Source: Pirellulales bacterium (GTDB lineage Bacteria; Planctomycetota; Planctomycetia; Pirellulales; Pirellulaceae). From it: a stretch of DNA of 64,000 bases. A program made the translations under genes and the position numbers. A model generated the notes under the pieces. The model did not search any database. It was given only the letters and a program-made list of their open reading frames with translations, and was not told where the DNA came from. Positions 1 to 8,696 of this stretch are shown here, in pieces (the first letter of the stretch is position 1; each line of letters opens with the position of its first letter). The stretch spans positions 6,224-70,223 of the forward strand of contig JAKUOW010000003.1 of assembly GCA_022451045.1 (NCBI GenBank). Reading direction: 5' to 3'.

Positions 1-365
1 TGTCGTTGCAAGGGCGAAGAATCGTCACATTTTGTGCTATAGGTAATCCGACGGCATTTGAAAAATCTATCCAATCCATCGGTGCACAAGTCGTTGAGTC
101 ACAGCAATTCCCAGATCACCACGTGTTCACTCAAGATGATATTGATTCTCTTGAGTCGATGATGGATGAAGGTGATGCAGAGATGCTTATTTGTACATGC
201 AAGGATTTAGTAAAGGTGGGAATTGATCGAATTGGCGATCACGAGATCTGGGCGCTGGAAATAGAAGTCGTGTTACAGTCTGGAGAAGATACACTAAATG
301 CGATGCTAGAGCAGACGGTTGGAATCAACAAACTACTACAATCAGCGGAAGTAAATGATGGCTGA
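1..365 (+). CDS. lpxK: tetraacyldisaccharide 4'-kinase (LpxK), C-terminal fragment; gene begins upstream of the window
   Basis: The frame is open from the window edge to TGA at 363-365. It carries C-terminal LpxK-like motifs FCAIGNPxxF and FPDHHxF...ICTxKD. The downstream neighbours are LPS-type genes. Confidence 0.7.
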   Translation, partial: SLQGRRIVTFCAIGNPTAFEKSIQSIGAQVVESQQFPDHHVFTQDDIDSLESMMDEGDAEMLICTCKDLVKVGIDRIGDHEIWALEIEVVLQSGEDTLNAMLEQTVGINKLLQSAEVNDG

Positions 366-1107
366 GAACCATGTCGTCGTCGGCGCCACATCCGGAATCG
401 CAAGTGCAATTTGTAAAGAGTTAGCAGGACAAGGTGCTAATCTGATTCTCCTTGGAAGAAATGCAGATGAGCTGGAGAAAATGTCCGCCGATTTGCAAAT
501 CCGTTATGAAGTCGATGTCCATATTGTCGAATTCCAGGCAACGGAATTCCGTTTGCATGCTGATGTCGCTCGCCGTTGCCATGATTTGGCTGATGGTGAT
601 CTGACAGCAGTTTACATATGTCATGGCAACTTAATCGATCAACAGGAATCACAAGAATCATGCGATCTGATGCTCAGTAGCTTGGAAGTAAACATGACAA
701 GCTTTGTTACTATTTGTGAACCATTTGCGGAGATACTTGAGTCGCAGGGTTATGGACGGCTCATCGGTATTTCATCGGTTGCAGGGGATCGCGGGCGGCA
801 AAGCAATTACATATACGGTGCGGCCAAAGCTGGTGTGACAGCCTACTTGTCAGGGCTGAGAAACCGACTATTTCACAAAGGTGTGCATGTGATGACGGTT
901 AAGCCCGGCTTCGTTGCAACGAAGATGACGGCAGGTCTTCTGGATCCGAAGTCTCCAATGGTTGCAACTCCGGAAAAGGTTGCACGGGACATTGTAAGAG
1001 CATCCAAACGTCGGAAGAATATTCTCTATACACCGCGCAGATGGTGTTTGATTATGACCATCATTGAATCGATTCCGGAATTCATTTTCAAACGCATGAA
1101 AATGTAA
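355..1107 (+). CDS. short-chain dehydrogenase/reductase (SDR) family oxidoreductase
   Basis: 250 aa with Rossmann motif VVVGATSGIASAI and catalytic YGAAK (YxxxK). The ATG overlaps the lpxK 3' end by 11 nt. Confidence 0.8.
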   Translation: MMAENHVVVGATSGIASAICKELAGQGANLILLGRNADELEKMSADLQIRYEVDVHIVEFQATEFRLHADVARRCHDLADGDLTAVYICHGNLIDQQESQESCDLMLSSLEVNMTSFVTICEPFAEILESQGYGRLIGISSVAGDRGRQSNYIYGAAKAGVTAYLSGLRNRLFHKGVHVMTVKPGFVATKMTAGLLDPKSPMVATPEKVARDIVRASKRRKNILYTPRRWCLIMTIIESIPEFIFKRMKM

Positions 1108-1212
1108 TTATGTGTTTTGGTATCGCTCGAAAATCGATCTAGGGATTTTTTCTTGATCTCGCTATAAACAGTCGACAGATAACTTTGGTTGACCAGCCAC
1201 AGGTACACATCG

Positions 1213-2022
1213 ATGAAGCAAAAACTAACAGTACTAATCCCGTGCCGTGACGAGCGCATGAATATCAGGCCGTGCGTTGAAGCGGCTCGTAAGGTTGCAG
1301 ATGAAGTACTGGTTGCTGACTCCGGTAGCATAGACGACACGATGGAAATCGTACGGAGTATGGGTGGTTGTAGATTGATTGAGCGCGAATGGAATGGCTA
1401 TGCGGCGTTTAAGAATTGGGCGATTCCTCAGGCAGAACATGAGTGGGTATTGATTATTGATGCGGATGAGCGAGTGACGGATGATCTTGCCGCAGAGATA
1501 AACCAGCTCATGCAGAACCCCCCGGAGCATATCGACGGTTATTGGATCAAACGCCGCAACTTTGTGATGGGACATGAAGTTAAGCGATGTGGGTTTAATA
1601 ACGACTCAGTATTTCGTTTGATTCGCCGCGATAAATGTCGATATAACGATCGTCTTGTCCACGAGGAGATATTCGTCGATCCGAAACGCGCCGGTACTCT
1701 CAAACATAAATTCGATCATTACATGTGTTGGTCCTATGACCAGTATTTAAAGAAGGTTGATAGCTATACCAAACTCGGTGCTCAGGAAAAGTGGCGTCGC
1801 GGTAAAAAGACTAGTTCCGTGAATTTGCTCGTGCGTCCGTTCTTTCGGTTCCTGCAGTTATACGTACTTCGAGGTGGCTTCCTCGATGGGCGACTGGGGA
1901 TACAGCTTTGTATGATCAGAGCCTTTGGTGATAGTTTTCTTAAGCAAGCCAGACTTTGGGAATTGGAATGTGCTCAATCACAGCCGGATCCCGAAGTCGA
2001 CCATATCAAACGAGCAGCATAG
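1213..2022 (+). CDS. glycosyltransferase family 2 (LPS-core KdtX/WaaE-like)
   Basis: The ORF opens at TTG 1189; the first ATG is at 1213 (MKQKLTVLIPCRDE). GT-A motifs are VADSGSIDDT and IIDADE (DXD). Confidence 0.8.
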   Translation: MKQKLTVLIPCRDERMNIRPCVEAARKVADEVLVADSGSIDDTMEIVRSMGGCRLIEREWNGYAAFKNWAIPQAEHEWVLIIDADERVTDDLAAEINQLMQNPPEHIDGYWIKRRNFVMGHEVKRCGFNNDSVFRLIRRDKCRYNDRLVHEEIFVDPKRAGTLKHKFDHYMCWSYDQYLKKVDSYTKLGAQEKWRRGKKTSSVNLLVRPFFRFLQLYVLRGGFLDGRLGIQLCMIRAFGDSFLKQARLWELECAQSQPDPEVDHIKRAA

Positions 2023-2091
2023 GCTGTTTGTAACTGCACACCGACCGCTATACCTGATGAATGTGTCAGGTCACGTGTATAATCATGAACT

Positions 2092-3180
2092 ATGAGTGTC
2101 ATTGAGCATATCGAGTCTCCTCTGTTGGATGAATTGTGTACGCGGCTGCGCGAATTGGGATCGGAGTTGGATCGGCCGGGCGACGACGGGCTATTTCCCT
2201 GGCCCGAACAGCAATTGGCATTGTGTGGTGAATATGGTGTCTTCCGATGGTTTATCGAAAAGGACCATGGCGGATTGGGTTGGTCGGATGAGGACCTCGT
2301 GCGTGGTTATCTGGCACTGAGCGCATCTTGTTTGACTACGACTTTTATCATTACGCAGCGTACTGGGGCATGTCGCCGGATTATCAACAGCGAAAGCGAT
2401 TTTGCTATAGGTAACTTACTTCCGGATCTCATTTCCGGCAGCGCTTTTTCGACGCTCGGTATTTCTCATTTAACGACAAGTCATCGTCACTTAGCAAAGC
2501 CTGTACTCACCGCGGAAGCATCTGATACTGGCTTCGTTCTAAACGGGTTTAGTCCGTGGGTCACCGGTGGTGATCAGGCAGATACAATCGTCGTCGGTGC
2601 TACGATGAGCGATGGACGACAGGTACTGACAATTTGTCCTACATCAATCCAAGGGGTAATTGCGGAGCGACCGGCAGACTTAGTTGCTTTGTCATCCAGC
2701 CATACGGGTCGAGTGATATTTGAAGATGTTGAAGTTGATAGAAAGTGGCTTCTCGGCGGTCCCGCTGAGAACGTCATGTCTACGGGTGTTGGGGCAAAGA
2801 CAGGTGGACTCCAGACATCGACACTTGCTGTTGGACTGGCATCCGGAGCGATTGAGTTTCTTGAAGCCGAATCAGCTAAGCGTGATGACTTGGTGCTAGC
2901 CATGGAAGCACTGAAGCAGGAACATGCCGAACTTCGTGATCAACTGATTCAGGCAGCTGCCGGTGAAATCGAATGCAGCAATGAACAGGTACGAACGTCA
3001 GCGAATAGTCTCGTATTGCGTGCTACTCAGGCATCACTTGCAGCGGCCAAGGGGGCAGGATTTGTAACAGGTCATCCAGCCGGTCGATGGTGCCGCGAAG
3101 CACTGTTCTTTATGGTCTGGAGTTGCCCGCAGCCGGTAATGAATGCACACTTATGCCAACTGGCTGGAATTGCGGAGTAA
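2092..3180 (+). CDS. acyl-CoA dehydrogenase family protein (family-level call only)
   Basis: 362 aa with ACAD-like N-terminal and middle-domain patterns (GGLGWSDEDL..., GFVLNGFSPWVTGG). Confidence 0.6.
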   Translation: MSVIEHIESPLLDELCTRLRELGSELDRPGDDGLFPWPEQQLALCGEYGVFRWFIEKDHGGLGWSDEDLVRGYLALSASCLTTTFIITQRTGACRRIINSESDFAIGNLLPDLISGSAFSTLGISHLTTSHRHLAKPVLTAEASDTGFVLNGFSPWVTGGDQADTIVVGATMSDGRQVLTICPTSIQGVIAERPADLVALSSSHTGRVIFEDVEVDRKWLLGGPAENVMSTGVGAKTGGLQTSTLAVGLASGAIEFLEAESAKRDDLVLAMEALKQEHAELRDQLIQAAAGEIECSNEQVRTSANSLVLRATQASLAAAKGAGFVTGHPAGRWCREALFFMVWSCPQPVMNAHLCQLAGIAE

Positions 3181-3188
3181 GACACGAG

Positions 3189-3845
3189 ATGGAAAAGACT
3201 GAGATTACATGGCATGACCATACCGTTTCTCGTAGCGACCGTGAGAACTTAAACGGACATAAAGGGTGTGTGATTTGGTTCACTGGACTCAGCGGTTGTG
3301 GAAAAAGCACGGTCGCAAACGCCGTAGATCATGTGCTACATCAGAAAGGCGTGCATACATTTGTTCTGGACGGAGACAATGTCCGTCATGGCTTGAATGC
3401 TAGCCCATCCATTCTTGAGAGTTATGGCGGGGATTTTGCAAATCGGTTTGGATTGGGATTTGCACCGGAAGATCGAACTGAAAATATCCGACGGGTTGGT
3501 GCGGTGGCGGAGTTGTTTGCGTCAGCAGGTATAGTGACGCTCGTTGCTTTTGTTAGCCCGTACCGGGAAGATCGTGATCAGGTCCGTAAACGGATTAATG
3601 ATTCGTGTGCAGGTACCTTTCTGGAAGTATATGTGAATGCACCGCTTGAGGTATGCGAAGCAAGAGATCCAAAGGGACTGTATAAGAAAGCACGTGCTGG
3701 CGAGTTAACAGGAATGACGGGAATTGATGCGCCGTATGAGCCACCGTTAGCACCGGAGATTCACTTAATGTCCGGTGACCAGAGTCCTGATGAACTTGCC
3801 GCTCTAGTGATTACATATTTGTCTGAGAATGGATTCATCCCCTGA
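3189..3845 (+). CDS. cysC: adenylyl-sulfate (APS) kinase
   Basis: P-loop FTGLSGCGKST and FVLDGDNVRHGLN match CysC. I moved the start to ATG 3189 because the upstream part of the ORF (3087-3188) overlaps the preceding gene. Confidence 0.85.
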   Translation: MEKTEITWHDHTVSRSDRENLNGHKGCVIWFTGLSGCGKSTVANAVDHVLHQKGVHTFVLDGDNVRHGLNASPSILESYGGDFANRFGLGFAPEDRTENIRRVGAVAELFASAGIVTLVAFVSPYREDRDQVRKRINDSCAGTFLEVYVNAPLEVCEARDPKGLYKKARAGELTGMTGIDAPYEPPLAPEIHLMSGDQSPDELAALVITYLSENGFIP

Positions 3846-3854
3846 CAAAGTTTG

Positions 3855-4328
3855 CTAGTCATTAGCTGCTTGGATAGCTTCAAGGACTTTCTGAGGATGG
3901 TCAGCAGCCTTGGGTACGCGCCGCCAGTGCCGTTTTACTTTTCCCTTTTCGTCTACCCATACGGTGGAACGAATAACGCCGATGGTTTTCTTGCCGTACA
4001 TCATTTTTTCACCATAGGCGCCGTACTTGGTCATGACTTTTTTATCAGTGTCACAAAGTAGAGTGTACGGGATGTCGTATTTGCAGATGAATTTATCATG
4101 CGATGCTTCATCATCCGGTGAGACGCCGAGGACAAGTGTGTTGAGTTTTTTGAACTCTTTATCCAAAGCGGTGAATCCGATGGCCTGTTTTGTGCATCCG
4201 GGTGTGTCATCTTTTGGGTAGAAGTAGACGATTACATTTTGCCCGCGAAGGTCCTTCAATGACACTTTGTCGCCATTTTGGTCCTTTAGCGTAAACAGCG
4301 GTGCTGCTTTTCCTTCTTCAACAGCCAT
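3855..4328 (-). CDS. bcp: thioredoxin-dependent thiol peroxidase (peroxiredoxin Bcp)
   Basis: 157 aa with peroxidatic motif FYPKDDTPGCT and a typical Bcp length. Confidence 0.85.
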   Translation of the reverse strand: MAVEEGKAAPLFTLKDQNGDKVSLKDLRGQNVIVYFYPKDDTPGCTKQAIGFTALDKEFKKLNTLVLGVSPDDEASHDKFICKYDIPYTLLCDTDKKVMTKYGAYGEKMMYGKKTIGVIRSTVWVDEKGKVKRHWRRVPKAADHPQKVLEAIQAAND

Positions 4329-4456
4329 GTTGTATGCTCCTTGCCGATCTCATCTTCAAACCGCCCTATTCTATAAAATCTCCTTCCCAATCATAGACAC
4401 CCACTTTTTCAATCGTCGTAAGACACGGATATACAACAACTTACAGTTTAGGAAAT

Positions 4457-4493
4457 TATAGACAGTCTATGTTTAATTCATGGACAGTCTATC
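4457..4493. promoter_or_regulatory. pair of 15-bp inverted-repeat motifs (TATAGACAGTCTATG and CATGGACAGTCTATC), candidate operator
   Basis: The copies lie at 4457-4471 and 4479-4493, with centres 22 bp apart. They sit in the bcp / DUF1080-PQQ divergent intergenic region. The same motif recurs at 12864-12911 and 53594-53608. Confidence 0.5.
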
Positions 4494-4498
4494 TTTTT

Positions 4499-4514
4499 TG
4501 GCGGGTGTGATGCC
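4499..4514 (+). promoter_or_regulatory. sigma-54-type -24/-12 promoter candidate (TGGCGGGTGTGATGCC)
   Basis: GG at 4500-4501 and GC at 4512-4513 give the exact GG-N10-GC spacing. The element starts 5 nt after the proximal palindrome and lies about 70 nt upstream of ATG 4583. Confidence 0.4.
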
Positions 4515-4582
4515 ATGAATAGATGATTTACAATGAACCGTTCGAGAATTATCAAGATCGTTCGCCATTTGGAGAAGAATCA

Positions 4583-6523
4583 ATGTCCTTGTTGAAAAAG
4601 ACGTCTTTGTCACTTGCTGTCATATTGTCACTCTGTGTCAGTAGTGACATTCTTGAGGCAAAAGTCCCTGCAAATGGTCTAACGCAAGCTGAACAAAGAA
4701 GTGGTTGGAAACTACTATTTGACGGTAAGTCAGCTGATCAATGGCGAAATTATCGCAAGGATACACTTGGTGATGGCTGGGAAATCAAAGATGGTTCGAT
4801 TGTGCGATCCAGTGGCGGTGCCGGCGACATAATCACAAAGGAACAGTTCCAGTACTTCGAATTGTCATTGCAATATCGTATTTCCAAGGGCGGAAATAGT
4901 GGAATCATGTTTCATGTCACTGAAGAGCTAGACGCACCGTGGCAGACTGGCCCAGAAATTCAGGTGCAGGACAATATTGATGGACACGATCCTCAGAAAG
5001 CTGGATGGCTATATCAACTCTATAAGCCAACTAAGCCAGACTGGGCCAAAATGTTTGAAGAGCAAGTGGGTTTTAAGAGTCCAGATACTGATGACTCAAC
5101 CCTTCCGGTTGGTGCATGGAACCACGTTTACCTGAGAATTGGACCAAAGAAATCCGAAGTCCAAATGAACGGTGTATCTTATTTCTACTTCAATGTTGGT
5201 GATGACGATTGGAATGAGCGAGTTGCAAAAAGTAAGTTTGCCAAGTACCCTCAATTCGGCAAAGCAGGTAAGGGCCATATATGTCTTCAGGATCATGGAA
5301 ATGAAGTTGCTTACCGTAACATCAAGATCAGGGTCATCCCGGAGGACGGTTCTGTAAAGAACCCAGTTGATTCTGAATTGCCACTTAAGTCCGTTGAAGC
5401 ATTTCCTCAACTGACTTTTGAAGGATTCGAAGGAGTGGATGAAGACGGTCGCATTCAGGCGATTCGACCACTTGAGATGATCCATGCAGGTGATGGTACT
5501 AATCGCCTGTTCATCGCTGCTCAGCGCGGCAAAGTCTATGTCATGGATAATGACCCACAGGCGAAAGAGGCTAAGGTTGTTCTCGATATTACGGATAGAG
5601 TTCAGGCGTTCGATGCAGCTCCCAACGTAAATGAAGAGGGGTTGTTAGGATTTGCGATTCACCCGGATTTTAAGGAGAACGGTAAATTCGTAATTTACTA
5701 CAGCTCATCAACCGAAGGACGCATTAGTTATCTTTCCAGCTTTATTGTTGATCATAAAACGAATAAAGCTGATCCAGCTTCGGAAGTGAAGATCATGCGG
5801 ATCCCACAACCGTTTTCAAATCATAATGGGGGTCCAATGGTCTTTGGGAACGATGGATATCTGTACCTTGGATTAGGTGATGGTGGTGGTCGTAACGATC
5901 CGACCAGACAAGGTCAGGATTTAAGTACGTGGATGGGGTCTATCCTCCGTATTGACGTTGATAATAGATCGGACGGGAAGAATTACTCCATACCCAAAGA
6001 CAATCCGTTTGTAGATGTCGAAGGTGCGCAACCGGAGATTTTCGCATATGGTGGCCGAAACCCATGGCGCATGTCAGTCGATCGAAAGACTGGAAATATT
6101 TGGTTCGCGGATGTTGGCCAGGACATGTGGGAAGAAGTGAACATAGTCAAAAAAGGCGCCAATTATGGTTGGAGCATGCGTGAAGGCAGTTATGGATTTA
6201 ATAACGGACATAAGCCTGCTACGACAGAGGCCACAGAACCGGTTTGGGAATATGATCACCAGATTGGAAAATCAATCACTGGAGGACACATTTACCGTGG
6301 CAAGGCGATTCCGGAATTGCGCGGTGCATACATCTACGCAGACTTCATCAGCGGAAGAGTGTGGGCACTTAAATACAATAATAAGAAAGGCGTAGTCACG
6401 GAAAACATCGGCTTACAAGACGCGGGCACACCGATCCTCTCATTCGGATTGGCTGAAGATGGTGAGATGTATTACACCGTAGAATCCGTGACAGGTAAGA
6501 GTATCTTCAAGCTTGTAAAGTAG
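4583..6523 (+). CDS. secreted fusion protein: DUF1080 (3-keto-disaccharide hydrolase-like) domain + PQQ-dependent sugar (glucose/sorbosone) dehydrogenase beta-propeller
   Basis: The start is ATG 4583 (MSLLKKTSLSLAVILSL signal peptide, GGAG upstream). The N-terminal half carries the DUF1080 pattern GWKLLFDGKS...WRNY...GNSGIMF...YRNIKI. The C-terminal half carries sGDH motifs GLLGFAIHPDF, HNGGPMVFGNDGYLYLGLGDGG and NYGW. Confidence 0.8.
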   Translation: MSLLKKTSLSLAVILSLCVSSDILEAKVPANGLTQAEQRSGWKLLFDGKSADQWRNYRKDTLGDGWEIKDGSIVRSSGGAGDIITKEQFQYFELSLQYRISKGGNSGIMFHVTEELDAPWQTGPEIQVQDNIDGHDPQKAGWLYQLYKPTKPDWAKMFEEQVGFKSPDTDDSTLPVGAWNHVYLRIGPKKSEVQMNGVSYFYFNVGDDDWNERVAKSKFAKYPQFGKAGKGHICLQDHGNEVAYRNIKIRVIPEDGSVKNPVDSELPLKSVEAFPQLTFEGFEGVDEDGRIQAIRPLEMIHAGDGTNRLFIAAQRGKVYVMDNDPQAKEAKVVLDITDRVQAFDAAPNVNEEGLLGFAIHPDFKENGKFVIYYSSSTEGRISYLSSFIVDHKTNKADPASEVKIMRIPQPFSNHNGGPMVFGNDGYLYLGLGDGGGRNDPTRQGQDLSTWMGSILRIDVDNRSDGKNYSIPKDNPFVDVEGAQPEIFAYGGRNPWRMSVDRKTGNIWFADVGQDMWEEVNIVKKGANYGWSMREGSYGFNNGHKPATTEATEPVWEYDHQIGKSITGGHIYRGKAIPELRGAYIYADFISGRVWALKYNNKKGVVTENIGLQDAGTPILSFGLAEDGEMYYTVESVTGKSIFKLVK

Positions 6524-6536
6524 TTGGCAGAACGGA

Positions 6537-7427
6537 TTACCCTGGTTCGCTCATGATCACACACAACGGGTCACTTGTATTTACTCCCGGAAACGTGTGA
6601 AGCAAGATTACTATGCCAGATGTTTCTGCCATGAGCTCAACGGATTTTGTGCCATCCATCGTCGTCAGTGTGCCGTAGATTTCGCCGGCTGATATCGAAT
6701 CGCCAAGTGATACCGATGCGATGAAAACCCCGTCAAATGGTGCTGGATTATTGATCTGTAAATGTCCGGCACCCGGCCTGGGGTCTTCAACAAAGTGTTC
6801 AATTTGAGAGTCAGGTTGGCTGTGTGCAATCATGTCTAGCCATCCCATGACGTTTTTACACCCATTCTCATATGCATTGATCCCATCGATTGAACATTGG
6901 GCACCGCCTAGATATTCGCAATAAATGGCAGGTACATTTGCATCTCTGGCAATTGAAAGTGAGCGTCCTTCAAGCCTCCAATCCGTACCCCAAATGATGG
7001 GCAGGTTAAATGCGCGAGCCATTTGTCGGGTTGGTTCTAGTACTTCCATGTTTGGATGCAATACATAGCCGGCTAATGGTGCTACTGATATACGTGTACC
7101 ACCTGTATGAAGGTCTATGTAGTAATCCGCTGAGCAAATCAACTCAGATAACTCATGAGCAGTTTGTTCAGTCACAGATCCATCTATGTTTCCCGGACAC
7201 GTACGTGCAAGATCCAATCCATCATCAGCAGTCCTATGACCTCTTAAGAAGGCTGCTTCATTTACGACGGGAACTAAAGTGACTGAACCGTGAAGGAGCT
7301 CATTTTGAATCCAAGTTTGAATGCGGTGAATGGTAGAGATTGACTCAAACTCATCACCGTGTACACCAGCTGTAATCAATAAGTGCGGGCCAGGTTTTCC
7401 GGAGTCATATGTGTGCTTGGTAAACAT
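6537..7427 (-). CDS. succinylglutamate desuccinylase/aspartoacylase (AstE/AspA, M14-like) family protein
   Basis: Zn-ligand motifs LLITAGVHGDEFES and DLHTGG are present. The ATG is at 7427; the ORF opens one codon earlier at a TTG. Confidence 0.75.
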   Translation of the reverse strand: MFTKHTYDSGKPGPHLLITAGVHGDEFESISTIHRIQTWIQNELLHGSVTLVPVVNEAAFLRGHRTADDGLDLARTCPGNIDGSVTEQTAHELSELICSADYYIDLHTGGTRISVAPLAGYVLHPNMEVLEPTRQMARAFNLPIIWGTDWRLEGRSLSIARDANVPAIYCEYLGGAQCSIDGINAYENGCKNVMGWLDMIAHSQPDSQIEHFVEDPRPGAGHLQINNPAPFDGVFIASVSLGDSISAGEIYGTLTTMDGTKSVELMAETSGIVILLHTFPGVNTSDPLCVIMSEPG

Positions 7428-7848
7428 CAAGTAATTCTTTCAACGAGAAAATATAGGAGGCCACATTATAGGTTTTCCATCGGTCAGATTTTACATTTGA
7501 GTTGCTGATCCGACAGAATAGAACTCACTTATTGAATCGTGATGAAAAGAAAGAACTAATGCTGAAACAACAGGAAGCTATGAGTAATGGCTCAGTTGCT
7601 TTCCTTTCTTACAGATCATCCTGTACTGTTGGATTTGGAATGTCTCTAGGCATCCAGTTTATCTGTGACCTTATCACGAATATGGTTACCCTTTGGAATT
7701 GGTTCGTGTTTTCGTCAGCTTATGGCAGAGTACATGCGATTTCCGTTCTTATAAACTGGGCGATTGCAGTTACGACTCTAATAAAGATGCATTAGAAGAT
7801 GACGTTGCGATGGAAATAGAACTGCAGATCTCGCGATCACAGACGTTT

Positions 7849-8673
7849 TTATTGCTTTAGCGAAGAGTAAAGCAGATAGGCGATTATTCCCCCAACGAGA
7901 ATAATGGTGAACAGCCCGGTTACTGCAAATTTGACGAGTTTCTTAGAATCACCTTCAAAACCGTCACCGACCCCTTGTTTCACATCGAACGCTGTACGTT
8001 TTACATCAGCGGTCGGATCTTCCCACTCTGGTGTGGATGTTGGTTTTGATGTTTGTTCTGCATTTAACTTCGGTGAAGATTGGGATGTTGCATCGATGCT
8101 AGCCGCTTCGCGACCAGTGTTGTGGATAGCAGGTGTTGATTGTTGCGATTGGTCGTCGACTGGATTTGTATCAGGCTGTTGGGCATGTTCGGCCGGAGCT
8201 TGGTTGTTTGCAGTTTCATTCGGTGAAGAATCTGAAGGAGCATCTTCAGCAGGTCGTTCTTCAAGGGCGTTTGTTTTTGGTTGGTCGATGGTACGGATAG
8301 TCGATTCTTCAGTAGCGGCCACAGCGCCGAACCGTTCATAGACGGTATCCCACTTCTCAATTATCAGTGTCGTTTGAAATTCATCATCCGGCATCATGTC
8401 ATGAATCGCATCATTCATTTCAGCGGGAAGGTCAACTGTTAGCTTGTGTTCAGTATCTTTGAGTCGTCCTGTGACACGACGTCCGCCTTTAAGGCTTGCA
8501 GATTCATATCGACCGTAACTAGCTTCATCCGACTCATAGATGATTACACAGTTAAAGGCAACAGATGCTGCCTTATCAAGCATGTCCGCACGTTCTCGTC
8601 CATACTCATCGAGCGAATGAAAATGCTTGATGAGCAAAACGAGGTTTTCGTGAGATTGAGTAGGTAGGGACAT
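7849..8673 (-). CDS. hypothetical tail-anchored membrane protein
   Basis: 274 aa: a globular N-terminal ~120 aa, a Q/P/S/T/D-rich low-complexity middle and a single C-terminal TM helix (FAVTGLFTIILVGGIIAYLLY). It lies 23 nt downstream of the WD40 gene on the same strand. Confidence 0.6.
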   Translation of the reverse strand: MSLPTQSHENLVLLIKHFHSLDEYGRERADMLDKAASVAFNCVIIYESDEASYGRYESASLKGGRRVTGRLKDTEHKLTVDLPAEMNDAIHDMMPDDEFQTTLIIEKWDTVYERFGAVAATEESTIRTIDQPKTNALEERPAEDAPSDSSPNETANNQAPAEHAQQPDTNPVDDQSQQSTPAIHNTGREAASIDATSQSSPKLNAEQTSKPTSTPEWEDPTADVKRTAFDVKQGVGDGFEGDSKKLVKFAVTGLFTIILVGGIIAYLLYSSLKQ

Positions 8674-8696
8674 AAATAACAGGAAGAAATAAGCGT

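Noticed and set aside
3087-3188. N-terminal extension of the cysC ORF
   Set aside because: It overlaps the 3' end of the preceding acyl-CoA-dehydrogenase-like gene. The CysC homology begins after the ATG at 3189.
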